A stretch of 64,000 nt of DNA. It comes from Salpingoeca rosetta. Its lineage: Eukaryota > Protista > Choanoflagellata. Every line of letters starts with the position of its first letter. The stretch's first letter is position 1. The stretch covers positions 938,410 through 1,002,409 of the forward strand of contig JAWQFM010000023.1 in NCBI GenBank assembly GCA_033442325.1. The letters run 5' to 3'. Shown here piece after piece: positions 35,015 through 48,838 of this stretch. The position numbers were made by a program, and so were the translations under genes. A model generated the notes under the pieces. It ran no database searches. It saw only the letters and a list, made by a program, of their open reading frames with translations, and was not told the origin of the DNA.

Positions 35015-35275
35015 GTTGTCAGCGAAGAAAGAAGGAAAAAACAAAACGCCACACATTCCTTCGCGCAAACACTGACAACTTTGCACGAGCAACATGTGCG
35101 TGTGTGTGTGTGTGTGTGTTTGTTTGCTTGTTTGGGGCAAACGTGTTGTTGCTTGGACGTGTGACGCAAGCGAGACGTATCGACTCGCAGCACTGTGATT
35201 GGGCCGTTTAATGCTGATATCCTTGACATCAAAGAAGAAGAAGAACAAGAACAAGAAGCGAAGCACGCTGACAAC
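35015..35275. promoter_or_regulatory. Cluster of three RFX-type GTTGTCA half-sites upstream of the C20orf85-like gene
   Basis: GTTGTCA at 35015-35021 (+); TGACAAC at 35073-35079 and 35269-35275. Confidence 0.4.
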
Positions 35276-35344
35276 ACAAACGAGCAGCGAATAACAAAAC
35301 AAAAGTGCGTGTGTGTGTGTGTGATTGGCAAGCTGCCATCACGC

Positions 35345-36713
35345 TCAGGTGCTGCGTCTGCATATGTTAAAGACGCTCTTGCTGGGATCAATCCCCAAGA
35401 ACACACACGACAGGTCGGCGGAAGAAGAAGAAGAAGAAGAAGAAGAAGAAGAAGAAGAAGAAGAAGAAGAAGAAGAAGAAGAAGAAGCAGCAGGGGGAGC
35501 AAGCAAAGAGGAGGGTGGGAAGGGCGGCTGTGCGTGTGACACGGGCGCTGATGTGGGAGTGCTCGTGGCTCGAAGCGGCATCGGCTGCGACAGCTGTGGC
35601 GGCTGTAGTGGTGGTGGCAGGCATGTTGACGTTGGTGGTGGCGCTACTGTTGTTGATGATGGTTGCGGCTGCTCTCTTGTGCTGGCAGTTGTGTCGTGCT
35701 GGTCAACACCCTCATCGGTGCTGCCTGCACCCGTGACTGCATGAGGGAGCGGAAGTGTGGGCACTGCCACTGCTGCGGTGGTCGCGATCGGGTGGTGTGC
35801 TGCTGCTGCTGCTGACTTCAACTGTGACGGTGCGGTGACGCCGATGAGCTCCTCCCGTTTCTGCTTTCCCCGCAACAGCACAGCCGTTAGCGCATTCAGC
35901 GACACCTGCTGCTCCTGTCGTTGCTGCATCAGCTCCTCTTCGCTGGCTCCCCCACTCCCCGACACCTTGCCATCCCCCAACCCATCGCCTTCATCACCTG
36001 GCCCCTTTCCTTTTCCCTTTCCTTTATCGCCCTCCTCCTTTTCCTCCTTCTCATCATCGTCATCATCGTCATCATCGTCATCATCGCCACCAAAGAGATC
36101 AAAGTCGAATGTAGGCGTCGGTGGCCGCTGCATCTCAACACCACCGCCGCCGCCACCGCCTGCCGTAGAAGCTGTTGCCACAACCACCTCCTCCCCCAGC
36201 TGCTGTTGGTGTCCTTGGGGTTGTTGCTGTGTAAGCTGTGACCCCTGTTCACCATTGGCGCTGCTGCTGCTGCTGCTACTGTTGGCGGCGGTGTGTTGCT
36301 GCTTTTCTCGTTCCGCCACGGCCTCTGCATAGCCGGGGTCATGCTGCTTGATGCGCAGGTACCCTTGCAGATCGCGTGCCAGCCGCGCATGCTGCTCCGT
36401 GGTGAGCGGGTCGTGCGAGAACCGACACGCATCAACGGTGCAGCCGACGGTGAAGAAGTAGCGGCAGGGCAGCTGCTTGAGGTCGTGTGAGTACAGGCAC
36501 GCGTCCCCCTTGCGGCATGTGTTGGCGAGGAAATACTTGCACACCTCCGTCTTTCGCTCCTGTTCCACGTCGTGGGAGAACGCGCAGTCGTCCCTGTGGC
36601 ACGCGCCGTGCATGTAGAACTTGCATGGCACTGCTGCCTTTCCTGTTTTGGCAGGTGGACTCGATGTCCGCTGTTGGGCGCGTTGACGACCCCTTCGCTT
36701 CCGTCCTCCTCGT

Positions 36714-36773
<60 letters not shown>

Positions 36774-36848
36774 TGCTGTTGTTGTTGTTGTTGTTGTTGC
36801 TGCTGCTGCTGCTGTTGTTGTTGTTGTTGTTGTTGCTGCTGCTGCTGC

Positions 36849-36879
<31 letters not shown>

Positions 36880-38272
36880 GCTGTTGTTGTTGTTGTTGTT
36901 GNNNNNNNNNNNNNNNNNNNNNNNNNNNNNNNNNNNNNNNNNNNNNNNNNNNNNNNNNNNNNNNNNNNNNNNNNNNNNNNNNNNNNNNNNNNNNNNNNNN
37001 NAACCAGCGCTGACATTGCCCACCACCATCACCGCCACGCTCAGCACTCGAAACTGCTGTTGTTGGGCGTGCACGCTGGTGTGGTGCTGCACACAACAGC
37101 GCCACGCTCGCCAGAGAAGACACCTGCACGCGTGGCACGTATTCTCCCTGCAAACGCCCGTCCCGTTGATGTGGATGACAGCGACAACATGCGGGGCTTG
37201 CGTTGCCTTGCTGCTGCTGCTGCTGGTGGTGTCGATTGTGCATGTGGCGCTGATGTCGCCGCCGCTGTTGCTGCTCCTGTTGTTGCTGCTGCTGCTGATG
37301 ATGATGATGATGGCATCACCGTCGGCGTTGCCGTTGGCGTCAATCTTGTTGTGGGCGCACGTGTTGAAGCTGCTTTCGCTGTGGTGGCATCCGAAGGCCC
37401 TCCTTCTGCTGGTGTGCGAGATTGTGGTTGCAGCAGCTGCTGGTTTGCGGCCTGATCGACAGGTTTGCTGCTGCCCACTAGCGGTGGCCTGCCAGCGCCA
37501 AGACGAGCAGTCGTGTGCGGTTGCAGGGCAGGTCGTGCTGTGCCCAGCCGCGCTCGCTTGGCCTTCATCTCCCCACGGTTCGACGCGGTAGACGCATGTG
37601 GTGTTGAGGATGTGGTGTGGGGGCTTGTGGCGTGGGAGCCTGTAGCGTGGGAGGCTGCCAGCGCTGGTCGGCCCCGCCCCAGCGACGTCAATCGCGCTGT
37701 TGGTGTTGTTGCAGATGACGACGGCTGAGCACTCTGCGCGGACTTGGTGGTGCATGTTGGGGCGTTCGTTGCTGTCGTTGCTGACGACTTGATTTGCGGT
37801 CTTCCACGTCCAAGTTGTAGCTGGGAGGGGTTGTGTGCCAAACGTGGTGAAGGCGAGGATGTCATCTGCATCTCACTTGTTCTTCTCCTGCATCTTTTGC
37901 TCGTTGTGCCCGTTGCTTTTGCTGCTGCTGCTGCTTTTGCTGCTGCTGCTGTTGTTGTTGTTGTTGTTGATGTCATCTGCATCTCACTTGTTCTTCTCCT
38001 GCATCTTTTGCTCGTTGTGCCCGTTGCTTTTGCTGCTGCTGCTGCTTTTGCTGCTGCTGCTGTTGTTGTTGTTGTTGTTGTTGTTGTTGCTGTTGTCGGA
38101 GGTTTAATGGCCACACCAGCACCACCACTAGAAGCACCACGATGACGCAGCTGCGGTCTCCCCTTTCCCAATGGCTTTGGCCTCGACCCACCTGTCATTG
38201 CCAGTGTTTTGGCTGTCGTGGCAGTCGCTGTGACATCGCAGCTCAAACCACCACCACGATCACCACGATCAC

Positions 38273-38307
<35 letters not shown>

Positions 38308-38570
38308 CGTTTGAGCTGCGGCCTCCCACGCCCAAAACCAGTCCCTGAAGCTGGCGCTGTTGCTGCTGTGCCGGGCGGGATCCTGCCCCCGAGATTCCTC
38401 GTCACAGTGCTACTCGCATGATGATCGCTCCCGCTACCACTGCCGCTGTCCGTGCTACCGCTCCCGCTCCCACCAGCCGTGGTCGTGGTCGGTGTCGGTG
38501 TTGGTGTCGTTTGCAGCGTGCCACCACCAGCCGCACGTCGTAGTCGCGGCCGACCTTTGCCCAGCATCAT
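35345..38570 (-). CDS. Triple CCCH zinc-finger protein (ZC3H4/6/8-like) with polyQ; N-terminal region with repeated LGRGRP motifs probably joined across the gap
   Basis: CKFYMHGACHRDDCAFSH, CKYFLANTCRKGDACLYSH, PCRYFFTVGCTVDACRFSH at ~36410-36630. The upstream ORF 37041-38570 is on the same strand. Linkage is obscured by the N gap at 36902-37001. Confidence 0.75.
37857..38085. repeat. Coding tandem duplication, 111 bp x2
   Basis: [37 protein letters not shown] is encoded twice on the minus strand with near-identical DNA. Confidence 0.85.
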
Positions 38571-38817
38571 TACTTACTACGTTTTATGCTGTGTTTTTTA
38601 TTATTCTGGATTTGGAATGGTGGCGAAAGATGCGGTCATTTTTCGCCGTGGCACTTCCCCAAAACGGCAACAGCCAAAACAAGCGACGGCCAACCAACCA
38701 ACACGCCAACTATTCCACCAACACACCAGCACACGCAGCGTCGTCCGGCCGCTTGCTGTTTTGGGTTTTGTTGTTGTCTCATCGCCTCCAAAGTCCAAGG
38801 TGAAGAACGTGAGCGCC

Positions 38818-39837
38818 ATGCCAAGGCAAGTCGGCGCGGCAGGCGGCGATCAACAGCCCCTCTCATCGTCAGCAACAACACCAACAACAACAACAACAAC
38901 ACCAACAGCAACAACAGCAATAGCAACAACAGTACCAATACCAACAATACCAACAACACCGCCAACACCAGCTTCTACCCCGACACAGCACCGCTTTGGT
39001 GGCCCAAGCGTGTATGATTCCACACAACAACAACCGCAGCAGCACCAGCAGGTGTCATCCATTCCATCATCGTCGCTTCGCTCGGCAGGAGCCCAGAGCT
39101 CCTTCCTGCCACCTGCCTTGAGCCAGCCCGACTTTCCGCGCTCCAGCTCTGCACAGGGCGTGTACGACACCCTGTTCAGCCCAACGTCTTCCGCAATGCC
39201 GCAAGGGCAGCCGTGGCAGGCCGCCAGCCCCACCTACTCGATCCCAGGCACAGGCCAGCTTGGTGCAAGTGACATGGTGTCCGCAATTGTCACGGCTGCC
39301 CCCACCATGAACCCGGCACTGGCCAGCTTTCCCATGAACAGAGGGTACTATGACCCAGCCATGCTGGCAGATGCCGGTGGCATGCCCGCACGACCCAAGA
39401 AGCACAAGCGAAAGAAGGCCAAGAAGCAGAAGAAGCGCCGCAAGCGGTCGAAGCCACACTCGCCGGAAAGCGTGCCCGATGCCAGCGGTGGTGTCTACTC
39501 CTATGACCCGATGGTCATGTCACCCGCTGGCATGCATGCCCAATTTCCCGCTTATGGGCAGTCGTCATCATCGTCATCTGCAGCAGCAGCAGCGTACCGC
39601 GGGCAGCAGCAGCACTACGCTTATCCCCATCCCGTGGCAGCTGGTGTATCGGGTGAGTACATGGCTTCATCGCCCAACCCGGCAGGCCTGACGCCCGCCC
39701 ATCGTGGTTACCGCACGCCTCCGTCTGGCGCTCCCCCCTCCATGACCATGGACCCGTACCAGCCTCAGCAGAGGGACTTTCAGCAAGGAACATTCTCGTT
39801 CCATCCACATGTGCCCAACATGCAACAACAACAACAA

Positions 39838-39869
<32 letters not shown>

Positions 39870-40402
39870 CAAGAAGGGTGGGAATGGACGCGGCAGCGCG
39901 GGTGCCGTGAATGGCGGTGATGATGATGACGGCGACGACGACGACGATGATGATGATGAGGCCATGTTTGGCACGGCACAGAGCGAGCTGCTGCAAGGGC
40001 CTGGCATACACCGCAGCCGCCAGCATCAATCAAAGTCATCGGTGTCAAATGCCAACCCAGACGCCACCACGGCACCCAAGCAGCCTAACCAGGGCGGCAC
40101 TGTTGCGTCGACAGCCACGCCGACGGTCAACCACCCTCCACCCGCGCGCACGTCAAAGCTGCCGCAGAACCGGCGGGGCAAGGTGCAGATCAAGTACATT
40201 GAGAACGCGCCGAAGCGGTACGTGTGCTTCACCAAGCGCAAGGCTGGCCTGATGAAGAAGGCCCATGAGCTGAGCGTGCTGACGGGCACGGAGGTGCTAC
40301 TTGTGATTGCGTCTCCGGCAGGAAGCATCTTCACCTTCTCGACACCGCGGCTGCGACCCCTCATCGCAAAGCCAGCAAGTGAGTCGCGCGCGTGTGTCTG
40401 TG

Positions 40403-40446
<44 letters not shown>

Positions 40447-40861
40447 CGTGTGTGTGTGTGTGTGTCTATCTGTGTCTGTGCGTGTGTGTGTGTCTGTGTC
40501 TGTGTCTGTGTCTGTGTCTGTGTCTGTGTGTGTGTGTGGGAGTTGTGTGAGTAGGCATGTTGTATGTGAAGCATGCCACAACTGTGTGTGAAACATGTGA
40601 CCACAGTGTGTGCCACCATGACTAGTTGCTCGCCATTTCTGTACGTTTCCTCACCTCGTCCTCCACCATCAACCACCACCCTCCTCTCCCACACCAGACC
40701 GGGAGCGGCTGCAGCGGTACCTGTGCTGCGATGTCGACGATGACGGTGTGCGCATCCCCATGTCCGATGACAGCGATTATGAGGACGATGCAGAGTTTGA
40801 GGCTAACACGCGCAACCGTTCGGGCGCTAACCAGACCTCTGGCCCACAGGGAGAAGCGTGA
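38818..40861 (+). CDS. SRF: SRF-like (type I) MADS-box transcription factor, 2 exons
   Basis: RRGKVQIKYIENAPKRYVCFTKRKAGLMKKAHELSVLTGTEVLLVIASPAGSIFTFSTPRL (SRF-type MADS + SAM region). Intron 40379-40696; second exon NRERLQRYLCC...GEA*. Basic NLS KKHKRKKAKKQKKRRKR. Confidence 0.88.
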
Positions 40862-41457
40862 GTGCGCGCATATGACAGAATGAACCGGCTCATGCCACGA
40901 TGGCATTTGTTACATTGGCAGTGGGCAAACATGTGTTACTGGATTTTGTTGTTGTGAGTCGCATCATGTAATGTGACGTTACGTGTGACTCTCAAGTGTT
41001 GTTATCAAACAAAGTGGCCCACTTCCTCAAGCAACATATGCTGCGTATTGCGTGCGTACGTGTATGCGTGTGCGTGCGTGTGCGTGTGCGTGTGCGTAAG
41101 GTCGAGGGCACGTGTGATGGTAGTTCATCGTTTATAGTTCTTTCCCTCTTTCTGATAGTTGACTGTTCCTCAAACGAATGTTTGCTGCTTAGCAGCGACA
41201 CCCCCCCCCCCTTTTCAAGCGAATACACGAAGCACAAATGTCAATGCGTGGCTGTGACAGACACCATGTAACAAGGTCTCTCTAAAACCACCCACCTACT
41301 AAGTGAAGACGCTACGCTACAGAAGAAGCAGCAGGAATCAAATCGACACCACAAACGCGCGCACACTCCACAAACACACACACACACACACACACTCCTA
41401 CAAGCGACTGGGCCATGAGTCATGTCCTTGAACGTGACAGGTGCCACAATCAGCGCC

Positions 41458-42628
41458 TCACTTCTGCTTGCCCTTCTTGCTGCCCTTCTTCTTGTTCTTC
41501 TTCTTCTTCGCCTGCACGCTGAAACGTGACTGCAGCATCTCGTCCAGCAGCGAAATCAGTGTTTCGATGCCGTACACAAACCCATGGTCAACGCCCCTGT
41601 CGCGTATACGTACATGTGAGAGAGTGTGTGTGAGTGAGTGTGTGTGTGTGTGTGTGTGTTCGTCTGTGTGTTTGGCAGATGGATGAAGATAAGTTTCATG
41701 GATGACAAGCACAAATGCACCTTGTTCAACGCACACACGCATATACACACGCACGCACGCACACACGCACACACGCACACACGCAAACATTTTACGCACG
41801 GTTTTCCGTCTGGGTCGACCGGCGTGGACGTGCGGGCAAAGTCAATGAGACGCAACTCCACGCGATTGTCCTGCACGTGATCCGGGTGGTGGCCCTCGTA
41901 CACAATCAGCAGACTCGTCGAGTAGAACCTGCAGCCGTGGTGATGAAGATGACCACGGTAGTGGTGATTCATGGTGATGGTTGGTGATGATTCATGGTGA
42001 TGGTGGTGGAACCAGGTGCTTGGTAAGATTGTGATGTGCATGTAAATGTAAATGTCAGTTGTGACCTGCACGATACAAGAGCAGCACAAACACGACAGCA
42101 CAACATCGCAATGGGTGCACGACGCACCGAAACCCGTCGAGTTTGAGTGCGTCTTCCTTCAACTCCTGCAGGCGGCGGTGCAAATTCTCAATCACTTTCC
42201 ACCGAATGCCGCACCCGTTGTCAAAGAACTGCTTCAAACACAGATCCTGTCACCCACAATCGCAAATGTGCAAAGAATTTGAGGTGGTTGTTGGTTGGTG
42301 ATTTGGGAGGGGGTGGATGGGGTACTTGGGTTGGTTGATTGGTTACCATGTCTTGATCAAACACGTGCAACACCCACATGCGAGGACCGTTCAAACATAC
42401 ACACACACAAACCCACAACCATACATGTGCTGTCAACGCACTTTGAAAGTGTGTCGCTTGATCTTGCGTCCAAACAGCTTGTCCCAGACCTTGTACCTGC
42501 TGGTTGGCGTGGAATACACGCGCATACCGCAGCACCGCACCCCCATAGACGCCGATGTTGTTTCGCGGCACTTTTCAATCTGCTTCAGGCGTTTCTCCAA
42601 CGGCGCATCGTCCGTGTGCTGTCGCCGC

Positions 42629-42697
<69 letters not shown>

Positions 42698-43543
42698 ATG
42701 AGGATATCTGCTTCGCCCAACAGTCGCAGCTCTGCCATGTATCATCCTCCAGAACACAAGCAACAACAACCACCACAACAACCACCACAACAACAACCAC
42801 AACGACGACAACAGCAGCAAATCGCTCCCGCTCCAACCACCAACAACGAGTGCAACCAGCGCGTGTCCAAATCTCATACCCATCTTGAGGTCGAGGATGC
42901 ACGGGTGCTTGAATTCAGCCACGAGGTTCTCCAGCACAAGAAACACCTGGCCCCTCACATTCGCCCCCTCACGAATGGGTGACGTGGTGCCGGACGTGAT
43001 GTCCGCTGCTGACGTGACATTTGCTGCTGACGTGACATTTGTTGCTGCTGCTGCTGCTGCTGTTGGCGATGGTGCGATTGCCGGCGGTGATGGTGGCTGC
43101 ATTTCAAGGCCTGTGGACGTCGATGTGACTGACGACTCGAGAAGGTGTTGCGACGACGAGGAAGACAGCGGCTCGCCCGTGTACGCGCTGCTGCTGGTGC
43201 TGCTCGCAACAGTAGCAGCGGTGGGGGTGGTGCGGCGTAAGCTGTCGTCATCAATATCATCTGCATCCGAGACAGTGATGGATGGACGGCGAGATTGTGT
43301 CGTGCGGCGGCTGCCTGCGGGTGTAAATATGCGCGTGTGTGTGTGTATGTGCGTGTGTGCAGGTGCATGTGTGTGTGTCAAACTTCTGAAAGTGTGCACG
43401 TGTGGGTGCAAGTGCGTGTGTAAACCAACACAGCACACACCGACACAGCACACAGCAGAATTGCAGCAAAGACATTCGTACGTGGCACGTCGTCGTACTC
43501 TTCACCAAGCACCTCTGACAGCAGATCCTTTGTCTGAACACGC

Positions 43544-43589
<46 letters not shown>

Positions 43590-45903
43590 CGTGAAGCGTC
43601 AACAAATGCGAACATCGAAGGGACACACACAGCACCAAGTAAAGGGAGCATGCACAGAGAAACACGTGTACACGCACACACAGACACACGCACACGCACA
43701 CGCACACGCACACACACACACACACACACGAAGATCTGCGCGCACGGTACTAGCAGACCACCAACCACAAGCAGCACTGCAAGCACCACGCCATCCCCCC
43801 CCCCCAGCAGGAAGACGCGGCCACCGACCTCCTTGAGAGCAACGAGAGCGTTGTCGAGGATGAAGCGTGCCTCGCGCTTCATGGCGGTGTGCACAGGCTC
43901 ATCGCCATCATTGTCGTCATCTGATGCCGCCGCAACGGCGGGGGCAAGCGCAGCGAGCAACCCACTCTCCTCGGGGCCTACGTGATCGTGGTTGGTTGGT
44001 TGGTTGGTTAGTTGGTTAGTTGGAGAGGGAGAGGAGAAATGGAGGGGATAGTGCGCATACGTACACATGCACACATGCACATGATCATGAGCACAGTGAT
44101 TGTGCTGTTGGTGATGCTTTTGTTGGTAGCAGTGATAGTACGGTGTTGCACGAAAATACATGGGTGCAGTCGCTGACGCGCGCGAGCAACGTGACATCCA
44201 GAGAACGACAAACAAGTTCCATTCCCCTCCCACATACACACACACACATTTCCCACACGACAACGTGTGGCCACAGGCACGGACTGACTTGGCCTCTCGT
44301 TGACACGATCCACAAGGGCATTCTTCCACTGCGTGAAGATTGGACGCTGCATGAAGTAGAAAGGAAGCAGCGTGCCCGTCTTCGTGACCAGCGCAATTGC
44401 ATGGCCTTTGCGCTGCAGCAGTGGTGGCAATAGCGGTGGTGGTGGTGGCAGTGGTGGTGGTGGTGGTACATGGTGGTGTGATGCGGAGTGTTAGAGGTGG
44501 GCGCTGCGTGCCAAGGTATGGATGAGGAGACACAAGAAAAGCAAGCAACAACTGAAAACACTTCAACGAGAACAACGAAACCAGCACCAGCCACCAAATG
44601 CTGTGCGGTGGAAAATTCGCAGTGCCGTACATGTGTGAGTACTGCACCTGTGGCCAGGAGATGGCAGTGAGCCGCTTGTCGTGCGAGAGGATGACGTCTT
44701 TGCACTCGGCCACGTCAACTTGGCCCAGCGGCGCTGCGGTCCCGACTGCCAGGACGACGTGCCTGTGCCAGTACAGCACGTTCTGTTGGGGCGGGGGCGG
44801 CGACGCGTGTGGAAGCGGGTTAGAGTTGGGGTGAACCGGTAGTGCGTAGAACATCACGCGAGAAAAGGGGCATGATAGAGAGCACATGCACGCACGCACA
44901 CATGCACACGCACACGCACAAGCAAACACGCACACATGCACGCACACGCACACATACGCACATGCACACCCTTACACACAAACACGCAGCGCCACCTCCC
45001 CTCTCCCTGACGACTGCCAAGCAGCGCGTGCCCGTACGTCCTGCAAGAGAAGAAAGCGACGGCGCCACTGGCCGTCTGGGGAGAGCATGAGCGCTGTGCC
45101 CGTGATGGCCGGTGCCTTGGGGACGTGACGACGTTGGCGCGGTGACCCGCGGGTCGGCGTGTGCACGGGGGTGGCACGACGGCTGGTGACGGGCGATGCA
45201 TTGAGCGAGCGGAAGCGCACCACCTCTGGCAGCTGCTCTTCCTGTGCAGCCTCAAGCTCCGCCCGCTGTTTCTGCAGCGCACGCATTTGCGACTGGCGGT
45301 GGTCGTGGTGGTGATGATCGTAGGTGGTCGTAGCAGTGGTGATGGGGATGAGATGGTTGTGGGAAGCGATGGAGGGGGGGGGGGAGGGTGCACATCGACA
45401 TTCAAGCGTGAGTAAGAGAGTGGGAAGAGGGGCTGCGAGCGTTCGTGTTCCCCACCTCTGTTCTGTTGATGAAGTTGACACGTTCGTAGCGCTCCGGAAG
45501 ATGGGTGGTCCACGTGCGATCAAGCAGCTGCGTGTCGTCGTCGTTCACATCGTCCTCTTCGCAACCAAACGCATACACACAAGGCATGAAGGTGACAGTG
45601 TGAGGGGCGCAAGGGTTCGATGGAAAGCCAATAAACATATCCACACATGTATGCACACGCAACACGCACCACGCAACACGCACCACACACATAAAACATA
45701 TCAACATGAACACGTATGCACACAGACACACACAACGCACAACACAAGTGCACATACACGCATGCACATGCATGTGTAACCTCACCTTCGCTCTCGGGCG
45801 GTTGCTGGTCTGCTTCCTTCACAAACACCTGGTGATAATACGCTGGAATCCATTTCCTGAGAATGGCAAACTGGCCCGCGTAGCCTGTGTTGTGGCCTGT
45901 GTG

Positions 45904-45935
<32 letters not shown>

Positions 45936-47235
45936 CGTGTGTGTGTGTGTGTGTGTGTCGGTATTGGAACGAAACAGCAGCGACGATGTACGATACGCTT
46001 CGTCGCCTTGGCCACAGCCACACAGATATGCACACACGCACGCACGCACGCGCACACATGCACAACCCAAGTACATATACATACACACGCACGAATCCAT
46101 ATCCACACACTTGCCTCCGTGACGCACCTATTTCGAAGACAAGGCGGTAGAGGTTGAGTTCGCGATCTGTCATTGGTTTACAGACTTTCCGCTTGTCGCG
46201 CCCAAGGGTCATAATGCTGTCACGGTGTCCGGCGACTTGCTCCTCAAACCGCCCAAGCACAGCCTTGCCTTCAAGCATGTCTGCACGTCGTGCGCATGAA
46301 TTGGGTACACATGGAGCGAGAGGAGCACGGTTAGAAGCACGTACACATATATACACGCAGGAACACACTTACATACAGAGCAAGCAAGCAAATCAATCAA
46401 CGAACGAACGAACGAACAGTCAAATGAATAGTCAAATGAACAGTCAAACAAACAAACCCAGCGGCCCAGCCGCGTTACGCAACAACGACAACAACACCAC
46501 CCGAACCACCACCACCACCTCCTCCTCCTCCTCCTCCACCACCTCCTCCTCCTCCACAATAATGCACGGTGCCGGGCACGTACGGGGCGTGTCTGGCCTG
46601 GTGCTGTGGACAGGGGAGGCATCAAGAGCCTCCGGATCGCTCTTGGAGGCGTGCTGCCACTCCTTCTCGCTCGAGAAACTTCTGCGATCCTTCAGAAGCA
46701 GAAATTTGAACTCTTCAAGCGGAATATCGCGCCCTTCTCCCCGCCGCCCCCACGTCACAACCTGAACATGCAGATGAGAGCATGACAGGATGGGTGGGTC
46801 GTTGGTTGGTTGGTTGTTGGGGTTGTGCAAGCACTGCGTCCGTATGCAAGAGGCACATGCATACCGATGTATGCAAACACACACACACACACACTCGCGC
46901 AAATATTCAAAAGCACGCGCACATACGCCATACACACGCGTCCACTCACACATCCACTCACACGCGAACATACATTGACAGTCTCCCGCGTTCACAGACG
47001 CCACGCACATGCGCACCTGGCCTGGCCCCGGGATATCGAGGGCAAAGACGGGCTGCAGGGTGCCGCTCATGACGGCTGGGTCTGATGGAAAGCCATACTC
47101 CTCGGGGTCGGGGTTGTACACGAGCCGAACAAACGGCGCGTTGTTCTGCTCGTGCAGCTCAAAGGCGAGAAAAGCGGCAAACGACGGCACAGGGAAGTCC
47201 CGGTAGCCTGTGATCGAGCACGTGTGTTGTTTGTT

Positions 47236-47310
<75 letters not shown>

Positions 47311-48791
47311 ATGTGTGCGTGCGTGCGTGCGCGTGAGTGTGTGATACGTGTGCACAGTTGCTGTTGAAGAAGCAAAGGTAGCATATGCGAAAACTCCATC
47401 GACCACGCATGCTTCCACGCGTCACGAACACAGTTGACGCACCGAGGTGTGCCAGCATGGCCATTAGGGTGTTGTCGTGTGCGCTGAAGATTGTCATTGT
47501 TCCACCGCGCTCCGCCGTTTGCGACACGCCCTCAAAGTTGCGCACAATTGTCGCTGACGATGCGGTGATTGGTGGTTTGTTGGTGGTCCATGTGAGTCGT
47601 GCTGGAAAGCACTAAGGCAATCACACCTACGCGCGGACCCGCACATCCATACACACACGCTTACATGCACATACAGGCACTCACGCCTCCACCCTCACCC
47701 CAACATACACACACGCACACGCACGCACGCACACACACACACACATGTCCCTACACGCCTGCCTGCACCCCTTACCTGGGAGCGTGCCGGCTGCAAGGCG
47801 CGCGAGTCTGCGCTGTGTTGCAATATCGTCACCACAGTATCGCAGATTGCATATGTGCGTTGTGATTTCCTTCAACAGCTGCTCATCGTCCTCCTCAAAC
47901 ACAATCCCGCTCGAATTCAACAGCAGCTGCCGATGGCGCGTGATGGAGTGATGGCGTGGTGCGGGTGCAACGTGTTGGGTGGGTGAGGCATTGATCATGA
48001 CATGTGTGACCGTGATGGAGTGATGGATGTGAAGATACAGCGGAAGAGACACACGTGGGCGGATGGTGACGGCTCATACAGGGTAACGTGCTGCGCCACG
48101 CTTGATCGTTGAACGCATCATGATGTAACATGAAAAAAGGCAAAACGTTGCTGGCGTGCATAGTGATGTGATGACTCACATCCATGCTGTGGGACCGCTC
48201 AATGTTGACTTGCTGCGCAACGCTCTGCAAATTCCTCAACGCCTGAACATAGAGAGGGAGAGAGGGGGGAGAGGGAGAGAGTGTGTGTGTGTTTGAGCGC
48301 GCGAACACCACGTGAGACAATTGATGCAGGCTGCTGATGCATCTCAACATCACGATATCCATCACCATATCCATCATCACCACCGCCATCAAGGCCGCGT
48401 ACCGTCTGGTATCCGTTGGCTGGGTTGATCTTTTCAAACTGCGTCATGCGCCAGAGCTTGTCGATGAGTTTTCGGCAGCGCACATCCTGCGCCCACTGCT
48501 CAAATTGCAGCGCTGCCGGGGTGAAGAAGTGATAGTGGTGGTGGTGGTGGCGGTGATGGGATGAGAGTGTGTTTGGGTGTTAGCTAGGAAACAGTGTATA
48601 CTTGAGGCGTCCATGCACACACACACACATACATACATACACAAGCAGGCAGTGGGGTGCCAAGCTCACATTCATCAAAGACGCGTGTCTTTAGGGCGTT
48701 GTATGCGTCGTTTGACTTGAAGCCGTGCAGCAGTGGAGAGTAATTCTCGCTCGCCACGTGGATCGGCAATGAGTCTTCGCAAGTGATGTGC

Positions 48792-48838
<47 letters not shown>

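Noticed and set aside
38452-38817. N-terminal extension of the SRF ORF
   Set aside because: It overlaps the start of the divergent gene and the AT-rich promoter. The ATG at 38818 is the more plausible start.
46444-46583. Phosphatase C-terminus [16 protein letters not shown]...LFV* (two-gene model)
   Set aside because: It reads through GAG/GTG/GTT microsatellite typical of introns, and an in-phase donor/acceptor pair links to the kinase exon. Disfavoured but not excluded.
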